This document shows, in pieces, positions 9,472 through 20,357 of a stretch of DNA of 64,000 bases (the first letter of the stretch is position 1; every line of letters starts with the position of its first letter). Source of the stretch: a virus; IMG/VR virus record IMGVR_UViG_3300049491_001102, positions 47,464 through 111,463 of that record; one strand, 5' to 3'. Both the position numbers and the translations under genes were made by a program. The notes beneath the pieces were generated by a model. That model did no database searches. It had not been told where the DNA came from and was given only the letters and a program-made list of their open reading frames with translations.

Positions 9472-12400
9472 CTATGTGATCCTTAGACTTCCGTAGGCTT
9501 CAATCTCAAGACCAGCCCATACTGTGTCTGAACCGATTGTCTCGACGCTTATAATGTCACCAGCGACAAGAGGTGTTGTTACAAGGTTTGCAGTGATAGT
9601 TGTGTTGCCCGAAGTTATAATCGGCAACGAACCGCTGATGATTGAAGTTCCATTGGCTTTGATGTCAATGGTCAAGTTTGCGCCAGCAGCCGTGTTCAAT
9701 CGTGCGCGCATGGTCGCCGGGACCCAGTTCGTCACCGCTGGGGCGATCGTTTGGCGTGGCGCAGCCGATACCCCGGCACCCGAGTTGTAGTTTGCGGGAA
9801 CCGAGAAGCAAAAAGTCCCGGGGATGCCTTTGTAAGCAAGTGCCGTAGCACCAGCGTTCACAAACGGCGCCATACCAGCGCTTCCAGCCTTCGAACTAGG
9901 AACGTCCGAAAGCTGGTTAAACGTGCGGATCCAATTCGATGGTGTTGCCCGCCAGCGCGACGATGCAATGTCGTAGAGCAGGATAACTGCCTCGTTTGGT
10001 GCGACGGCCAAATCCTGGCTGTTCGGGCAGAGAATCCGGTTGATCCCCGACGACGTGACTTCATTCGCGAGTGTAATGATCGATGAACCAACGTTGATGA
10101 AGAGTTTGAGGATTGTTCCCGCGGTCGAAGACAGCGCGCCAAATCCTGTGATGGTTTGGGCCCCCGTGGCTGCTTGGCGGATCACATCCGCAATCGACCA
10201 ATCCGTGGGTGTGTAGTTATCCGCTTGAGCAGCAAGTGCCGTGGGTGTGATCGTGTATTGGCCTTGTCCGGCGATTCGATTCCCGCCTAACGCCAACGTG
10301 CCCGTCATTGTTCGCGACCCGTCGAGTGGCAACAAGGCGATGCCACTAATCGACAAAATATTTGATGCTAGCGATTCCCCAATTCCATTGGTCCCGAGAA
10401 TCTTAGCAAACGGAAGATCGAATCCGTTCTTAGCAAGGGCAATACCGGTCCCGGAAGCACCGGCATTCGAAGTCGTGTTGACCTCCCCCATCAAGGGGAA
10501 TGCACGCCACTTCGTCGACGTTGAGTCATAGGATAACAACACCGCTCCGCCGGGCCCGACAACAAGATCTGTTCCTCCGGGACATAAGACTTGATTGGCA
10601 GTCGCTGACCCACCATTATTGTTGTTGATCGTGAACGAATCACTCGCATCGGTATTGATGAGGATCTTCCGTGTCGTCAGCAGTCCCGTTGCCAAAAAAC
10701 CGGTAAACGCTTGGCTTCCCGTGAAGCTAAACCGAATAATGTCAGCCTTGTCGAAGTCGGTAGCCGTGTAGTCGTGCTGCGTTGCCGTTATTGTCGCTGG
10801 CGATATGAGGTTGTAACCAAGTCTCTTCAACGCGAACGCGCCCATGTCCAACTCTGCCGTCATGGCGCGGGAGCCATCACGTGGCAGTAGTGCAGTTGCG
10901 TCGAGATTGACTAGCGTGTTCGCAGGAAAACTCCCCGGGTTGGCAATCGTCAAGCCGCCAAGACCCGCAAGTGTGCGCAGCTCAAAGTCAACGCCTGTCT
11001 TTTGGTGGTACAGCCCCACACCAGCGCCGACGTTGCTCATTGTATTGAACTCGCCAGCCGCCCCGGCACCACCGCCCGCAAGTTGCGATCCAAATTTACC
11101 CGCAGGGTAAAACTCCGCTTGGGCCGTGTTGTTCAACGCTGTTGCGTTGCCGATAAGGACGAGGCGTGCGCAAAGGACTGCGCCACTTAAAATAGTTGGT
11201 ACTGCAAACGTATCAGCAGCAATGCCCGCGATGGCAGCCGCCTTAGTGGTGTAGATCTTCTGACCATAGACCACGCGATACTCCGGGTTGATGCCCCCAG
11301 GTACCAAATAAATCCATTGGGTCGTCCATTCCGCTGCCGCAACAGATTGCAGAGTTCCCGACCCGTTGTCCCACGACCCCGGTGCAATCGAAGTCGCTGC
11401 TGCCGTGATGGTGTAGCCCGAGGGAGAACTGGGATTCCGGTAGACGTAGCGGAACGACGCTGCCGTGGCGGATGCGTCCGTGGTGATCGAAGGATATTCG
11501 CGCGCGGTCGAGTAGTTGGCACCCGCCAGCCAACTGGAACCTGCGGTTTTGTTCAACTGCAGGTTGGCACCATTCGCCGACCAAACATTTCCGCTTAGAT
11601 TTACAGGACCAAAAATCTCGAAGAATGACGCAAGGTCAAATCCTTTATTGTAGGCAAGCTGCGTTACCGGTGTGATGTTGTCAATCGACGTATTATTTAC
11701 GTGACTGATCTTCGCCAACGGCACAATAACGCGTCGTTGTGCTAAAGTGAACGGTGTCGCTTGTTGCACTATAGATGAGGCTGTGTCTATCCCAATCCAT
11801 GTTTGTGCATTCGTTGCCAATCCACTAAGCGTTTGTGAATTGGCCATCCCCCAAGAAATCGGCTGAATAGACGGAGGATTAAGCGTGTGGTCTACGATTT
11901 GACCAAAACCGGCAGACACGTCGAAACGTGACGTGATAGCGTCAATAGTGACAACTCCACCCGAAATAAGTCCTGTATCTTGGATGACTTGTACATCAAA
12001 TGGTGAGGATGCTAGCATCAGCATCCACGTATCAATGGATTTGATGTAACGAAAACGAATTGTACTGTTACGCCTAATAAACTCGGGCCGGTAATTGAAG
12101 TTTATAGAAGACGAGAATGTGATGTCAGTGATTTGACCTGCTGACTCAATTTCGCACTCGTCACCGTCTTGAAGGCTCGCGCTTACGCTTGGTAAGTTTA
12201 TTGTGAACGTGGAAATAGACCCGTCATTTGTATTAACGACGCGTCCTCCCCTTGGTGATGGAAATGTGTAGCTACCAGCATTAGTAAAAAAAACGTATTC
12301 TTGAACGGACCAAAGTGTCCGATACGTTCCGCCGTCATTTAACATCAGTTGATTCATATCGGTTGCCCAGTAACGGGCACCATCAATTGATGCGGCTGGA

Positions 12401-14205
12401 ATACTCGCCAGCAAACCGGATGTCAGAAGCTGACCATTGTATTGGCGCCAGTCCGTACCATCCGTAACTTCACCTTGGAGGGTGGACGTGTTGAAATACG
12501 TCGACCCAATCGGCAACGAGTTAGCTGCAGGTCGTGCACCCGTTGTTCCAAACAGTGGCGTGTATGCGAAAATCTTCCAACCGGTGTTAACCGTGTTGGT
12601 TGTTTTCACATAGACCATCAAACGCTCGTTCGCCGCCGCGTAGTCAAGGCACAAGGACCCCTTGTCCGCTGCGAGCACACCTTCTGGGGTGCCATTGTTG
12701 GAGTAGAAGCGCACGTTCCCCGACGTGCCAATCTTCAACCCACCATTTTGAGCGATCATCGTCGCCCATTGGTCAGACGACGTTGCTTTGGCCGAAAAGA
12801 CATCAGTAGCGCCAAAAGCTACGCGGAACAGATCAGCGGAGAACTCAATCAACTGGTCCGAAATTTCCCATGCATCGGTGGTCGCCAATGTGGCAGCCGG
12901 CTGCGTGGATTTTATGGTCAGGAGTTGCGTTGCGTGCACCGCTTTGGTGACATGGTTCGCAAACGAGCAACCGATGAGCTTCAACGCTTCCGACTTTGCA
13001 CACCAAATCCCGTAGCTGTTCGCATCGAACACCACGGTGTCGCAGGTCAAGTTCATCAACGAGTCGAGAACATCGTTGTCCGTAAAAATACCGCGGGAGT
13101 TCCCCGCGATGCGGCAATTCGAAACGCGGTTAGCGAGTGAAGCTACAGCCGCAAACGTGATGCGCTGGAACTGAACACCACCGCCGGTGAGCGCACCAAC
13201 GTTTCCGTTGTTCAGGATTTCCGAGTCGAGAAGTTCAATGTTGTGCGAGTCGTTGAAGATCAAGCCTGTAGGGAAATCTGAAACTTTGCACGATTGAAAC
13301 GAGGTCAACGTGTTGTCGAGCGATGGTGACCCCGCAATCCTTCCCCGGTACCCCACTGCGGTGCCGGTGTTTTGGCCCCCACCTTTGAGTGCGAGCGCAC
13401 GGAAATATGTGCCCGCCATGGTGGTGCTGGGCGACACATAGGAGAGAAAGTCCCCCGTGGTCTTTGCGTACCGCAAGATCGACACGGCCGAGCCGGCGCC
13501 AACAAAGGCTTCGGTACCCGACAATGTGAGCTCGTTCGAATACCACTCACCCGGTGGAATGAAGATCGGCAAGCCAGTCGAATTGCTCGCCGCGATTGCG
13601 GCTTGAATGGCAATCGTGTTGGCTGTGGCATAGCTGCCAGACCCTGCCACAGCGCCGAACTTGCGAATGTCGATGATGACCGCGTTGGCGCCACCGACCG
13701 CCATGACAAGCTCGTGCCACGACCGAAACCAACCCGTGTAATCGTAAGTTCCGATTGTTCCGGGGCTCCCGGCGACGAATTCATTATCTTCTGATGCTGC
13801 AACAAAAGCAGGACCTGAATTGATAAGAGAGGCTAAAGGATCAGCCACCTCGTTAAATGCCGGTATGGCTAATCCTGCCGGTGTGCGAACACGGAATAGT
13901 CTGGTCGTTACCTCGGACTCATCAGGCAATCCAACATTTGTAACGAGACGAATACGGTACGTTCCGGGGCATCCGGCGGTCGGTGTAAACGTCCATACTA
14001 ATGGATTTCCTGTTACTGCAAGAGTTGGAACAGCGGTTGTGTCACCGATAGGAATCCAAAGCAAAGAAAACGTTGCAGTGGTTGCGCCAGGATTTGTTGC
14101 GGTCAAAGTGACCACAGCACCAGTAGCCAGACCATCAGATCGCGTCCGGCCGTTTGTTCCGGCAGGAAGGCCAACCTGGTCAATTCGCATTTCCGCAACT
14201 GCCAT
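9472..14205 (-). CDS. Long tail fibre/tailspike with pectate-lyase-like right-handed beta-helix and a duplicated 189-aa module
   Basis: DIRKFGAVAG...TIAIQAAIAAS...IFIPPGEW is the Pectate_lyase_3-type start; beta-helix repeats; internal duplication. Confidence 0.8.
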   Translation of the reverse strand: MAVAEMRIDQVGLPAGTNGRTRSDGLATGAVVTLTATNPGATTATFSLLWIPIGDTTAVPTLAVTGNPLVWTFTPTAGCPGTYRIRLVTNVGLPDESEVTTRLFRVRTPAGLAIPAFNEVADPLASLINSGPAFVAASEDNEFVAGSPGTIGTYDYTGWFRSWHELVMAVGGANAVIIDIRKFGAVAGSGSYATANTIAIQAAIAASNSTGLPIFIPPGEWYSNELTLSGTEAFVGAGSAVSILRYAKTTGDFLSYVSPSTTMAGTYFRALALKGGGQNTGTAVGYRGRIAGSPSLDNTLTSFQSCKVSDFPTGLIFNDSHNIELLDSEILNNGNVGALTGGGVQFQRITFAAVASLANRVSNCRIAGNSRGIFTDNDVLDSLMNLTCDTVVFDANSYGIWCAKSEALKLIGCSFANHVTKAVHATQLLTIKSTQPAATLATTDAWEISDQLIEFSADLFRVAFGATDVFSAKATSSDQWATMIAQNGGLKIGTSGNVRFYSNNGTPEGVLAADKGSLCLDYAAANERLMVYVKTTNTVNTGWKIFAYTPLFGTTGARPAANSLPIGSTYFNTSTLQGEVTDGTDWRQYNGQLLTSGLLASIPAASIDGARYWATDMNQLMLNDGGTYRTLWSVQEYVFFTNAGSYTFPSPRGGRVVNTNDGSISTFTINLPSVSASLQDGDECEIESAGQITDITFSSSINFNYRPEFIRRNSTIRFRYIKSIDTWMLMLASSPFDVQVIQDTGLISGGVVTIDAITSRFDVSAGFGQIVDHTLNPPSIQPISWGMANSQTLSGLATNAQTWIGIDTASSIVQQATPFTLAQRRVIVPLAKISHVNNTSIDNITPVTQLAYNKGFDLASFFEIFGPVNLSGNVWSANGANLQLNKTAGSSWLAGANYSTAREYPSITTDASATAASFRYVYRNPSSPSGYTITAAATSIAPGSWDNGSGTLQSVAAAEWTTQWIYLVPGGINPEYRVVYGQKIYTTKAAAIAGIAADTFAVPTILSGAVLCARLVLIGNATALNNTAQAEFYPAGKFGSQLAGGGAGAAGEFNTMSNVGAGVGLYHQKTGVDFELRTLAGLGGLTIANPGSFPANTLVNLDATALLPRDGSRAMTAELDMGAFALKRLGYNLISPATITATQHDYTATDFDKADIIRFSFTGSQAFTGFLATGLLTTRKILINTDASDSFTINNNNGGSATANQVLCPGGTDLVVGPGGAVLLSYDSTSTKWRAFPLMGEVNTTSNAGASGTGIALAKNGFDLPFAKILGTNGIGESLASNILSISGIALLPLDGSRTMTGTLALGGNRIAGQGQYTITPTALAAQADNYTPTDWSIADVIRQAATGAQTITGFGALSSTAGTILKLFINVGSSIITLANEVTSSGINRILCPNSQDLAVAPNEAVILLYDIASSRWRATPSNWIRTFNQLSDVPSSKAGSAGMAPFVNAGATALAYKGIPGTFCFSVPANYNSGAGVSAAPRQTIAPAVTNWVPATMRARLNTAAGANLTIDIKANGTSIISGSLPIITSGNTTITANLVTTPLVAGDIISVETIGSDTVWAGLEIEAYGSLRIT

Positions 14206-14240
14206 GCCCGGAATGTACCAGGCTTCATGGCCGCGAGCGA

Positions 14241-15758
14241 CTACATCGGAAGACCTGTTTCACCATCCGTCAACGTTACAGTGCCCAAAACAGGGAACTC
14301 AAAGAGTTGCAACTGCAAATCTTCGTGTTCTCCATTCAGCATGTAATGATGAGGCGAGTCGCCGATTTTGAGCACACCAGTTGATGACTTGATGATATCA
14401 GCGATCAACGGGCCTAATAGTGGTATCTCCAAAGACGGACTTCCATCTGATTTTAAGTCCGCAAAGCCAAACCCAATCTTTGTGTTTGGAGTCCCATCCG
14501 GGTTTTTTAATGCGAAGTACGAGTCAAGTGTAGTCCGAATGGCGTTGCCAACGATAGACGCGATTGTTCCGTATCGACGGAATATCGTGGCATCCACGTT
14601 AACTATCTTGTAGACGGGGTCTTCAACGCTTAGCCGAAATGTGATGGTATGCTTCTTCGTAACAGATACAGCCGTGTAAACAGCATCTTTTAGCGTTTGA
14701 GTTGGCAGTCCACCACCATCGGGTACGATGTATAAAAACCCGCGATTCTCCGCAACCCCAGGCGCCTGGTCGGACGTCAGCATCAATGCGCGAGCAACCC
14801 CAGGAACAAGCTCAGCCTCGATCTCATAATCCTCGCGCGCGACTACCCGATCGGAAACCCGCAAAGACCTGGGCGCTTGCTCCTTGATTTGCGCCACGGA
14901 CATGCGGTCTTCGCCGCCGCTCGCTTGCAGTGGATTGTTAACGCTGACCTGAACGGGGCTCCCCAGCACGTCGGTGAACGTGCCGGGGATGACTTTGATG
15001 GTGTTGGCGTCCACGTTCCCCGCCGCACCGCCGCCAATCTTGTACCGAGCCACGATGGTGCCCGCAGGAATTTGCCCATTAACGCCATCGCCGAATACAA
15101 CGCGTGCACGATCGTTTTGGTCCACCACGATGTAGAAATCCCGATCGATCGCCGACGAATCCAAGAGGTTGTCCACCTCGGTATATGCGCCGTTGGCTGC
15201 CGTGAGGATGATCGAGCCGTCAAGGTAGGGGATCCCCGCTAGGAAGAATGACTGGTCCGCTAAATTGCTGGAAACGAACGCTTCGTCGTAGTTGGTGGAG
15301 TTCTCGACATCCACCATGGCTTGAGGCGGATTAGTGCCGCCGGGGATCGTCACGTCCGTCAAAATCTGAAACGTCACTGGGTCGGTGACGTCCTGCGTGC
15401 GCACAACTTGCTCTGCGGGAATGATGACGTCGTTAACTGGAACATCCGCGAGCGTGAGTGTGACCGTTGCTGAAGCTGCGGCCGCACCAGGTACAGAGAA
15501 ACCAAGCATCTTTGCTAATGCAAGAACGTTGGATCTCATTCTCGCATCTGTAAGGCGCGACTCAGCAGCTTGATTATCCATGTAGAAGGATAAAATATCC
15601 CCTACGTAGCTCATCAAGCCTTTCAGGATGTTACCGAAATTGGCAACTGTGTCATTGGACCAATCTGGGAACACACTCTGCGTCAGCAAAGTTAGCCGTG
15701 CATAAATGGAGTCATAATCCTTGTCAGTGTAATCAAGGTTCTGGGGTAAAACTGTCAT
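14241..15758 (-). CDS. Baseplate J/gp47-family protein
   Basis: DYTDKDYDSI...RVVFGDGVNGQIP...SGGEDR...APRSLRVSDRVVAREDYE motifs. Confidence 0.9.
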   Translation of the reverse strand: MTVLPQNLDYTDKDYDSIYARLTLLTQSVFPDWSNDTVANFGNILKGLMSYVGDILSFYMDNQAAESRLTDARMRSNVLALAKMLGFSVPGAAAASATVTLTLADVPVNDVIIPAEQVVRTQDVTDPVTFQILTDVTIPGGTNPPQAMVDVENSTNYDEAFVSSNLADQSFFLAGIPYLDGSIILTAANGAYTEVDNLLDSSAIDRDFYIVVDQNDRARVVFGDGVNGQIPAGTIVARYKIGGGAAGNVDANTIKVIPGTFTDVLGSPVQVSVNNPLQASGGEDRMSVAQIKEQAPRSLRVSDRVVAREDYEIEAELVPGVARALMLTSDQAPGVAENRGFLYIVPDGGGLPTQTLKDAVYTAVSVTKKHTITFRLSVEDPVYKIVNVDATIFRRYGTIASIVGNAIRTTLDSYFALKNPDGTPNTKIGFGFADLKSDGSPSLEIPLLGPLIADIIKSSTGVLKIGDSPHHYMLNGEHEDLQLQLFEFPVLGTVTLTDGETGLPM

Positions 15759-16570
15759 TGGATTGTTCCACTTACGTTAGAGACGATTACACCGCCATCT
15801 TTGGCATTAAGCACGTCGTACGTCAGATGTATCTGCAATGCATAGCGACCATCCGCATCGAGAGCATATTCGCACTTTGCCGTGAGAATTTTCACCCGCG
15901 GCTCATAGTTTCGCAGGGCATCAACAACACGAAGACGGGCGAGCGCAAGGGTGGCTTCGGTTGCCGGCGCATGCCGAATGCGATCTAAAAGCGAGCCGAA
16001 CTCTGGCATCCACTCCAACTCGCCGTATCCCTGGCCCGAACTGCAAATGGTCCCCAGGATTTGTCGAATATTGGCGCCAATTAGCCGGGTTCCTCCCGCA
16101 TGAGCAAAGTCCCCTTTGCCATCGCGACCGAAGGGCAAAAGCAAACCCTCGCGCAACTCTTGGGCGACAACCGATGAGCCTATCGTTGCGCCGCGCAGGC
16201 TTGATTCGGGAAACGATGTCAGGGGTTTTTGGCCCGCGAAGGTTGACCATTTCAGGTCCTGCTCGACGATATTCACCCCCGCATCGATCGCCAACACGCG
16301 GAGCATCGGAGCTTCCGGCCATTTGCCTGCGCGGAGAACTCGAAACCGGTATCCGTTGGTGATTGCGGAAAGCGTGGAGTTTGCCAAGTAGCGCGCCGCA
16401 AAAGCGCTGCCGTCGTAAACGACTTCTTGATCTCCAGACGAGTAAATTGCGTTTACTGCAATACGAACAAGGTTGTTGTCCGCGTCTGTTACAGAGAACT
16501 GTAAAATAGTGTTCTCTGAGACAGCACTGTCAACATTCGGCAGTACGTCGTCTACGACTGGAAAAGCCAT
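15755..16570 (-). CDS. gpW/gp25-family baseplate protein with N-terminal extra domain
   Basis: IRQILGT...GELEWMPEFGSLL...ALRNYEPRVKI is a gp25 motif. Confidence 0.85.
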   Translation of the reverse strand: MAFPVVDDVLPNVDSAVSENTILQFSVTDADNNLVRIAVNAIYSSGDQEVVYDGSAFAARYLANSTLSAITNGYRFRVLRAGKWPEAPMLRVLAIDAGVNIVEQDLKWSTFAGQKPLTSFPESSLRGATIGSSVVAQELREGLLLPFGRDGKGDFAHAGGTRLIGANIRQILGTICSSGQGYGELEWMPEFGSLLDRIRHAPATEATLALARLRVVDALRNYEPRVKILTAKCEYALDADGRYALQIHLTYDVLNAKDGGVIVSNVSGTIQ

Positions 16571-17307
16571 TAGCACTCGTTAGAAGCTTTAGGCAGCTTC
16601 GGTATTGGGATAGTAATGACCGACGCCAAAAAAGACAAGAAATCCGATAGTTCCCGCATGTAAGCTAAAAAGCCCTCTGATAAATTTGGAGTTGAGAACG
16701 ATGGTATGCAGGGCAACCCCAGCAGTTTTAAGAAAGCATTGATGAGATTGATAAGTTGCTCGATGGGAGCAACTTGCTTTCCCTTGTGTGCAAGCTCTAT
16801 TTCCAGATTTTTCTGCGCACAATCAATGATGACAGCGATGTCCACGTTGTACTTGGCCGCCCGATTCGTCGCCAGTCTAATCCGTAATTGGTACTCAATC
16901 ATCGCAGTTAAGTCTTCAATGAATCCTTGAAGGAATGCAATCATTGCTAGCACGAAATCGCGAATCATTAAGGGCAATGACAACTGTGGTATTAGCTTTA
17001 TTAGAGCATCAACTGCTTGTGCCAAGTCTGGGATACATGCAGCTATTTTTGACGGATTTAGCGTTGCAACTGCTTTTATGCAGTCAAACACTGCTATAAC
17101 CGCATCAATTATGTTGAACACCGGCTGAAGCGGTGCCAAAGCCGTATTGAGTTGGCCGATCAACGCGGCAACGAGCTGCGTTTGTGGAATCGGTACGGGC
17201 GATGGAATGGACGCGCAGATCTCCACACCACCTGGCATGGTGATGCACAACCCATCCGGCGTTGCTATGGATGGAACGCAGGTTTGTGTGAATCCAAATA
17301 TAGGCAT
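16570..17307 (-). CDS. Hypothetical hydrophobic/helical baseplate-region protein
   Basis: 245 aa between the gpV-like and gp25 genes, with one-base overlaps. Confidence 0.55.
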   Translation of the reverse strand: MPIFGFTQTCVPSIATPDGLCITMPGGVEICASIPSPVPIPQTQLVAALIGQLNTALAPLQPVFNIIDAVIAVFDCIKAVATLNPSKIAACIPDLAQAVDALIKLIPQLSLPLMIRDFVLAMIAFLQGFIEDLTAMIEYQLRIRLATNRAAKYNVDIAVIIDCAQKNLEIELAHKGKQVAPIEQLINLINAFLKLLGLPCIPSFSTPNLSEGFLAYMRELSDFLSFLASVITIPIPKLPKASNEC

Positions 17308-17906
17308 TAGATCGCCGCCTTTGTCGCTTGAGAAACAACACGCCCGTTAATTTCTACGAGCGGCGCTTTTATCGATATTTTGGCTGAAGACTGGATTGAG
17401 ACACCACCAATTCCAGACAGGGATACAACAGCTTGTTCACGGTCAAGTTCAATCATCAACGCCTCTCCCTCTAAGTCTTCACCCATCTCTTTGGCATTTA
17501 TAAACATCCGTCTTTTCCCTGGTCGCTCGTCCACGACAATATGGAACTCTTTTGTCTCCCAAACCTTAACTTGTAGCGATGCTGCTATCTTACCTTCAGG
17601 TGTCGTGGCCTCCTCGCGTGCCTTTTGAACTGCCGTAGGATGCTCACCACGCCCCCAATGCCCGGTGAAGTACCGTGGCTTGTCGGGGTCACCGCCCAAG
17701 AACATCACGTAAACCTCAGCTTGGATTTCAGGCACGTCCCAGATTCCACGCTGTGCAGTTCCTCCGCCTGGTGATCCTACGGGGTAGGCCCAATCGCTAC
17801 CCTCTTCCGGCAAAAGATTCGGAACACACACTCGAACGCGGCCAAGACCTTCAGGGTCTTTGTTATCGACCACGTACCCTTCCCATAAGCCAAGGTACTC
17901 GCTCAT
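17307..17906 (-). CDS. Baseplate spike protein gpV (Gp5/Vgr OB-fold)
   Basis: VVDNKDPEGLGRVRVCVP...WA...VPEIQAEVYVMFLGGDPDKP. Confidence 0.9.
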   Translation of the reverse strand: MSEYLGLWEGYVVDNKDPEGLGRVRVCVPNLLPEEGSDWAYPVGSPGGGTAQRGIWDVPEIQAEVYVMFLGGDPDKPRYFTGHWGRGEHPTAVQKAREEATTPEGKIAASLQVKVWETKEFHIVVDERPGKRRMFINAKEMGEDLEGEALMIELDREQAVVSLSGIGGVSIQSSAKISIKAPLVEINGRVVSQATKAAI

Positions 17907-19477
17907 TTTGCTCTCGTCTGGGTAATTTCGCCGTCGAAGTATCCGCGGCCGTCATAAGCTGACGTGAAGTTGGTGCGGACTTCCAGCGTCTCTTCGTCGA
18001 TGTAGAGACGCTGATCTAGCTCATTCGGATCAGCAACGTCTTTGTCATTCGGCCGGCCTTGCGCTGCATTGTCTGGGTCCAAACATGGACTGAGAAGTGC
18101 GTAAGATTGTGTCAATGATTTCTCGGCTGTGAGCGCTGGAACGTTGGTTGATAATCCCATTTTCTGGAATCTCTTCAACGCGTGAACGACGGCAAATGTC
18201 TTGTTCATGGCATTCCTGACGTTCACTGGATTGTTAGAGCTAACAGCTTCTCGAATAGACTTTGTTACAGTTGTAACAGATTTTTGGAGCTCCGCATGTG
18301 GGATACTTTTTGCGGCGGATTCCGCATCGTCTAAGAAAGCGTACACACTTGTGTCCATCGTACACTTTTTTGGCGTTGACTTCCGGAATCCATCCGTCGC
18401 AACTTTTACTGTCATATCGTAACCGGAAGTGAGCTCGTGTGTTACCTCTTTGACGTAGTATTTCCCGGATATTCTTGTTCCAAGCCCGCTAACCTTAACT
18501 ACTGTTTTAGCCAGAAGAATTGGGTTTCCAATACAATTCAATGTCATTTTTACGGCACTTAGTGTCGTAAGTCGAAACTTCTTCGTCGCCTCCGTCTGGA
18601 CAGCACCAGGCGTTTGCTCCGAACTTGGCATTGACTCATCCTGCGGAATACCACCGAGTGGTACGTCTTTTTGTGTAACAGCAAGCGTTTCCTCGTCAAT
18701 GTCCAGACGAAACTCAGTTAAAGCTTTCTCCGGTTGAAGAATGCTTCGATTTCCGTCTGTATCATTGTCAGCCTTTCCCTCGATTGTGACTTTCTCCAGA
18801 GGATCCCGTGACTTCGTCTTAATGCGACCAGGCATCCGCGTAATGTCATTTTCAATGTTGTACGTGTATATAGAGCCTTTATCTTTGTCCGTAAAATAAA
18901 CTAGCTCTAGAATAGGAGCTTGCTGCAAATCACGCGTATGCCAGTGCAAGCCATCGAAACTCACCCAGAATGAACATCCTTGGAGATCCGCCAACTTTCG
19001 CAACATCATGGCATCGGTGATGTTGTGTTGCGTTATCTGACCGAAAACTTCGGATGTATCCTCAATAATAGCTGTTGGACCAGAATAACCGTATCTCTCT
19101 GCAATCTCACGTACAACTTCAGACCGTGTTTTATTCCTATACGCTTTACGAACCTTCTTTGTGTCCATCAGCACAGATTTGGCGTTAGCCTCAACTGTTA
19201 CTTGGTCACCACCAGAAACTTTGCGTATTACGCATTCATACGTTGGTGACATTACGCCATCAGTGTACCCAAAAGAAAACTGGATTATGTTACCGTGGGC
19301 AACTAATGGGTTGTCATAAATAACAGCCTCGTAATTGTCCATTACAAGCGTAAGCTTGTCAGCTTTGGCTTCTGAATCAATAAAAGACAAGCTCAGAACA
19401 CTGTCTGACATGTCAACGAAATCAGAGTTGCTGCCACTCTTCTTAAATTTTACGACCCATCGAGGGGCTTGATTCAT
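17903..19477 (-). CDS. Late control D / baseplate hub protein
   Basis: DSEAKADKLTL...TDAMMLRKLA...GNPILLAKTVVKVSGLGTRISGKYYVKEVTH. Confidence 0.85.
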   Translation of the reverse strand: MNQAPRWVVKFKKSGSNSDFVDMSDSVLSLSFIDSEAKADKLTLVMDNYEAVIYDNPLVAHGNIIQFSFGYTDGVMSPTYECVIRKVSGGDQVTVEANAKSVLMDTKKVRKAYRNKTRSEVVREIAERYGYSGPTAIIEDTSEVFGQITQHNITDAMMLRKLADLQGCSFWVSFDGLHWHTRDLQQAPILELVYFTDKDKGSIYTYNIENDITRMPGRIKTKSRDPLEKVTIEGKADNDTDGNRSILQPEKALTEFRLDIDEETLAVTQKDVPLGGIPQDESMPSSEQTPGAVQTEATKKFRLTTLSAVKMTLNCIGNPILLAKTVVKVSGLGTRISGKYYVKEVTHELTSGYDMTVKVATDGFRKSTPKKCTMDTSVYAFLDDAESAAKSIPHAELQKSVTTVTKSIREAVSSNNPVNVRNAMNKTFAVVHALKRFQKMGLSTNVPALTAEKSLTQSYALLSPCLDPDNAAQGRPNDKDVADPNELDQRLYIDEETLEVRTNFTSAYDGRGYFDGEITQTRAK

Positions 19478-19839
19478 AACCCCAGTCTAGCGCGTTCGCT
19501 GGGATTCAGAATAGTCCCCAATACCGTATCAAGAGCCGGAATAACCACAGACGAGCCAGGTATGAGTGCGATTGTAGGATCGTGCACCGGGTCAGGTTGA
19601 AAATCAGCAATGACCCACCATAGTTGTGCGGCTGAAAATGCGCCAACCTTCGTCAGGCCAGCATAATACTTGGATGCTAACCGATGAAACGTATCTCCAA
19701 CAACTACGATATGAATGATGTTGTTGTCCAATTTCTTGTATGGGAACCGAACACGGTCAGTCAAAATCGTAGTGGAGTCGGTTCGACCAGACGACAACAT
19801 AGTTGTAGTTGTATGCCTGCTATACAAACGAGGGGGCAT
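19474..19839 (-). CDS. LysM/gpX-like tail protein
   Basis: HIVVVGDTFHRLASKYY...LWWVIADF...PGSSVVIP. Confidence 0.8.
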   Translation of the reverse strand: MPPRLYSRHTTTTMLSSGRTDSTTILTDRVRFPYKKLDNNIIHIVVVGDTFHRLASKYYAGLTKVGAFSAAQLWWVIADFQPDPVHDPTIALIPGSSVVIPALDTVLGTILNPSERARLGL

Positions 19840-20357
19840 TATCGGTTACCATTTCGTAAGAAGCCTTGTTGAATCTGGTCCTCATACGTCCAGCGGAAGT
19901 CACGACACTCCTCAATCGTGCAGGACACGACTTGCTGAACAGCAGCCAAATCACGCTGTCTGAAGCGTACGAATCGTGTGTTTATCGTCGTCACACGAGT
20001 GGTGAGCGATAGCGTATTCGGCCAAATAAACAGTAGCCGAGGCGGTGACCCAGTTCGAACCGAGTTCGCGCTCTTAAACGGGTACAAAAATCCATGAATG
20101 AAATTTAAGAACTTCAGGTTGAAATCATGATTTTCAGCAGTTTGTGTCAACAAAAAGAACTCAAGATTTATGACAGGGTTATCCGTCCCGCTATACTGCA
20201 AGTTGGCGTGTGGATGTCCAATAGGCCGCTTTCGTTCGTAGGCGGCCGCAACTTGCGTTTCAAATTCTGTGGGGTTGAAAAACGGCGACATCTCTTTCGC
20301 CGTCTCCACGCACATGCACACGCACTTCGTGATCACTCGATTGGGTGTGAGGCTCAT
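19839..20357 (-). CDS. Tube-initiator (CIS tube / gpU-like) protein
   Basis: FNPTEF...LQYSGT...SPPRLLFIW; ATGA overlap with the tape measure stop. Confidence 0.75.
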   Translation of the reverse strand: MSLTPNRVITKCVCMCVETAKEMSPFFNPTEFETQVAAAYERKRPIGHPHANLQYSGTDNPVINLEFFLLTQTAENHDFNLKFLNFIHGFLYPFKSANSVRTGSPPRLLFIWPNTLSLTTRVTTINTRFVRFRQRDLAAVQQVVSCTIEECRDFRWTYEDQIQQGFLRNGNR

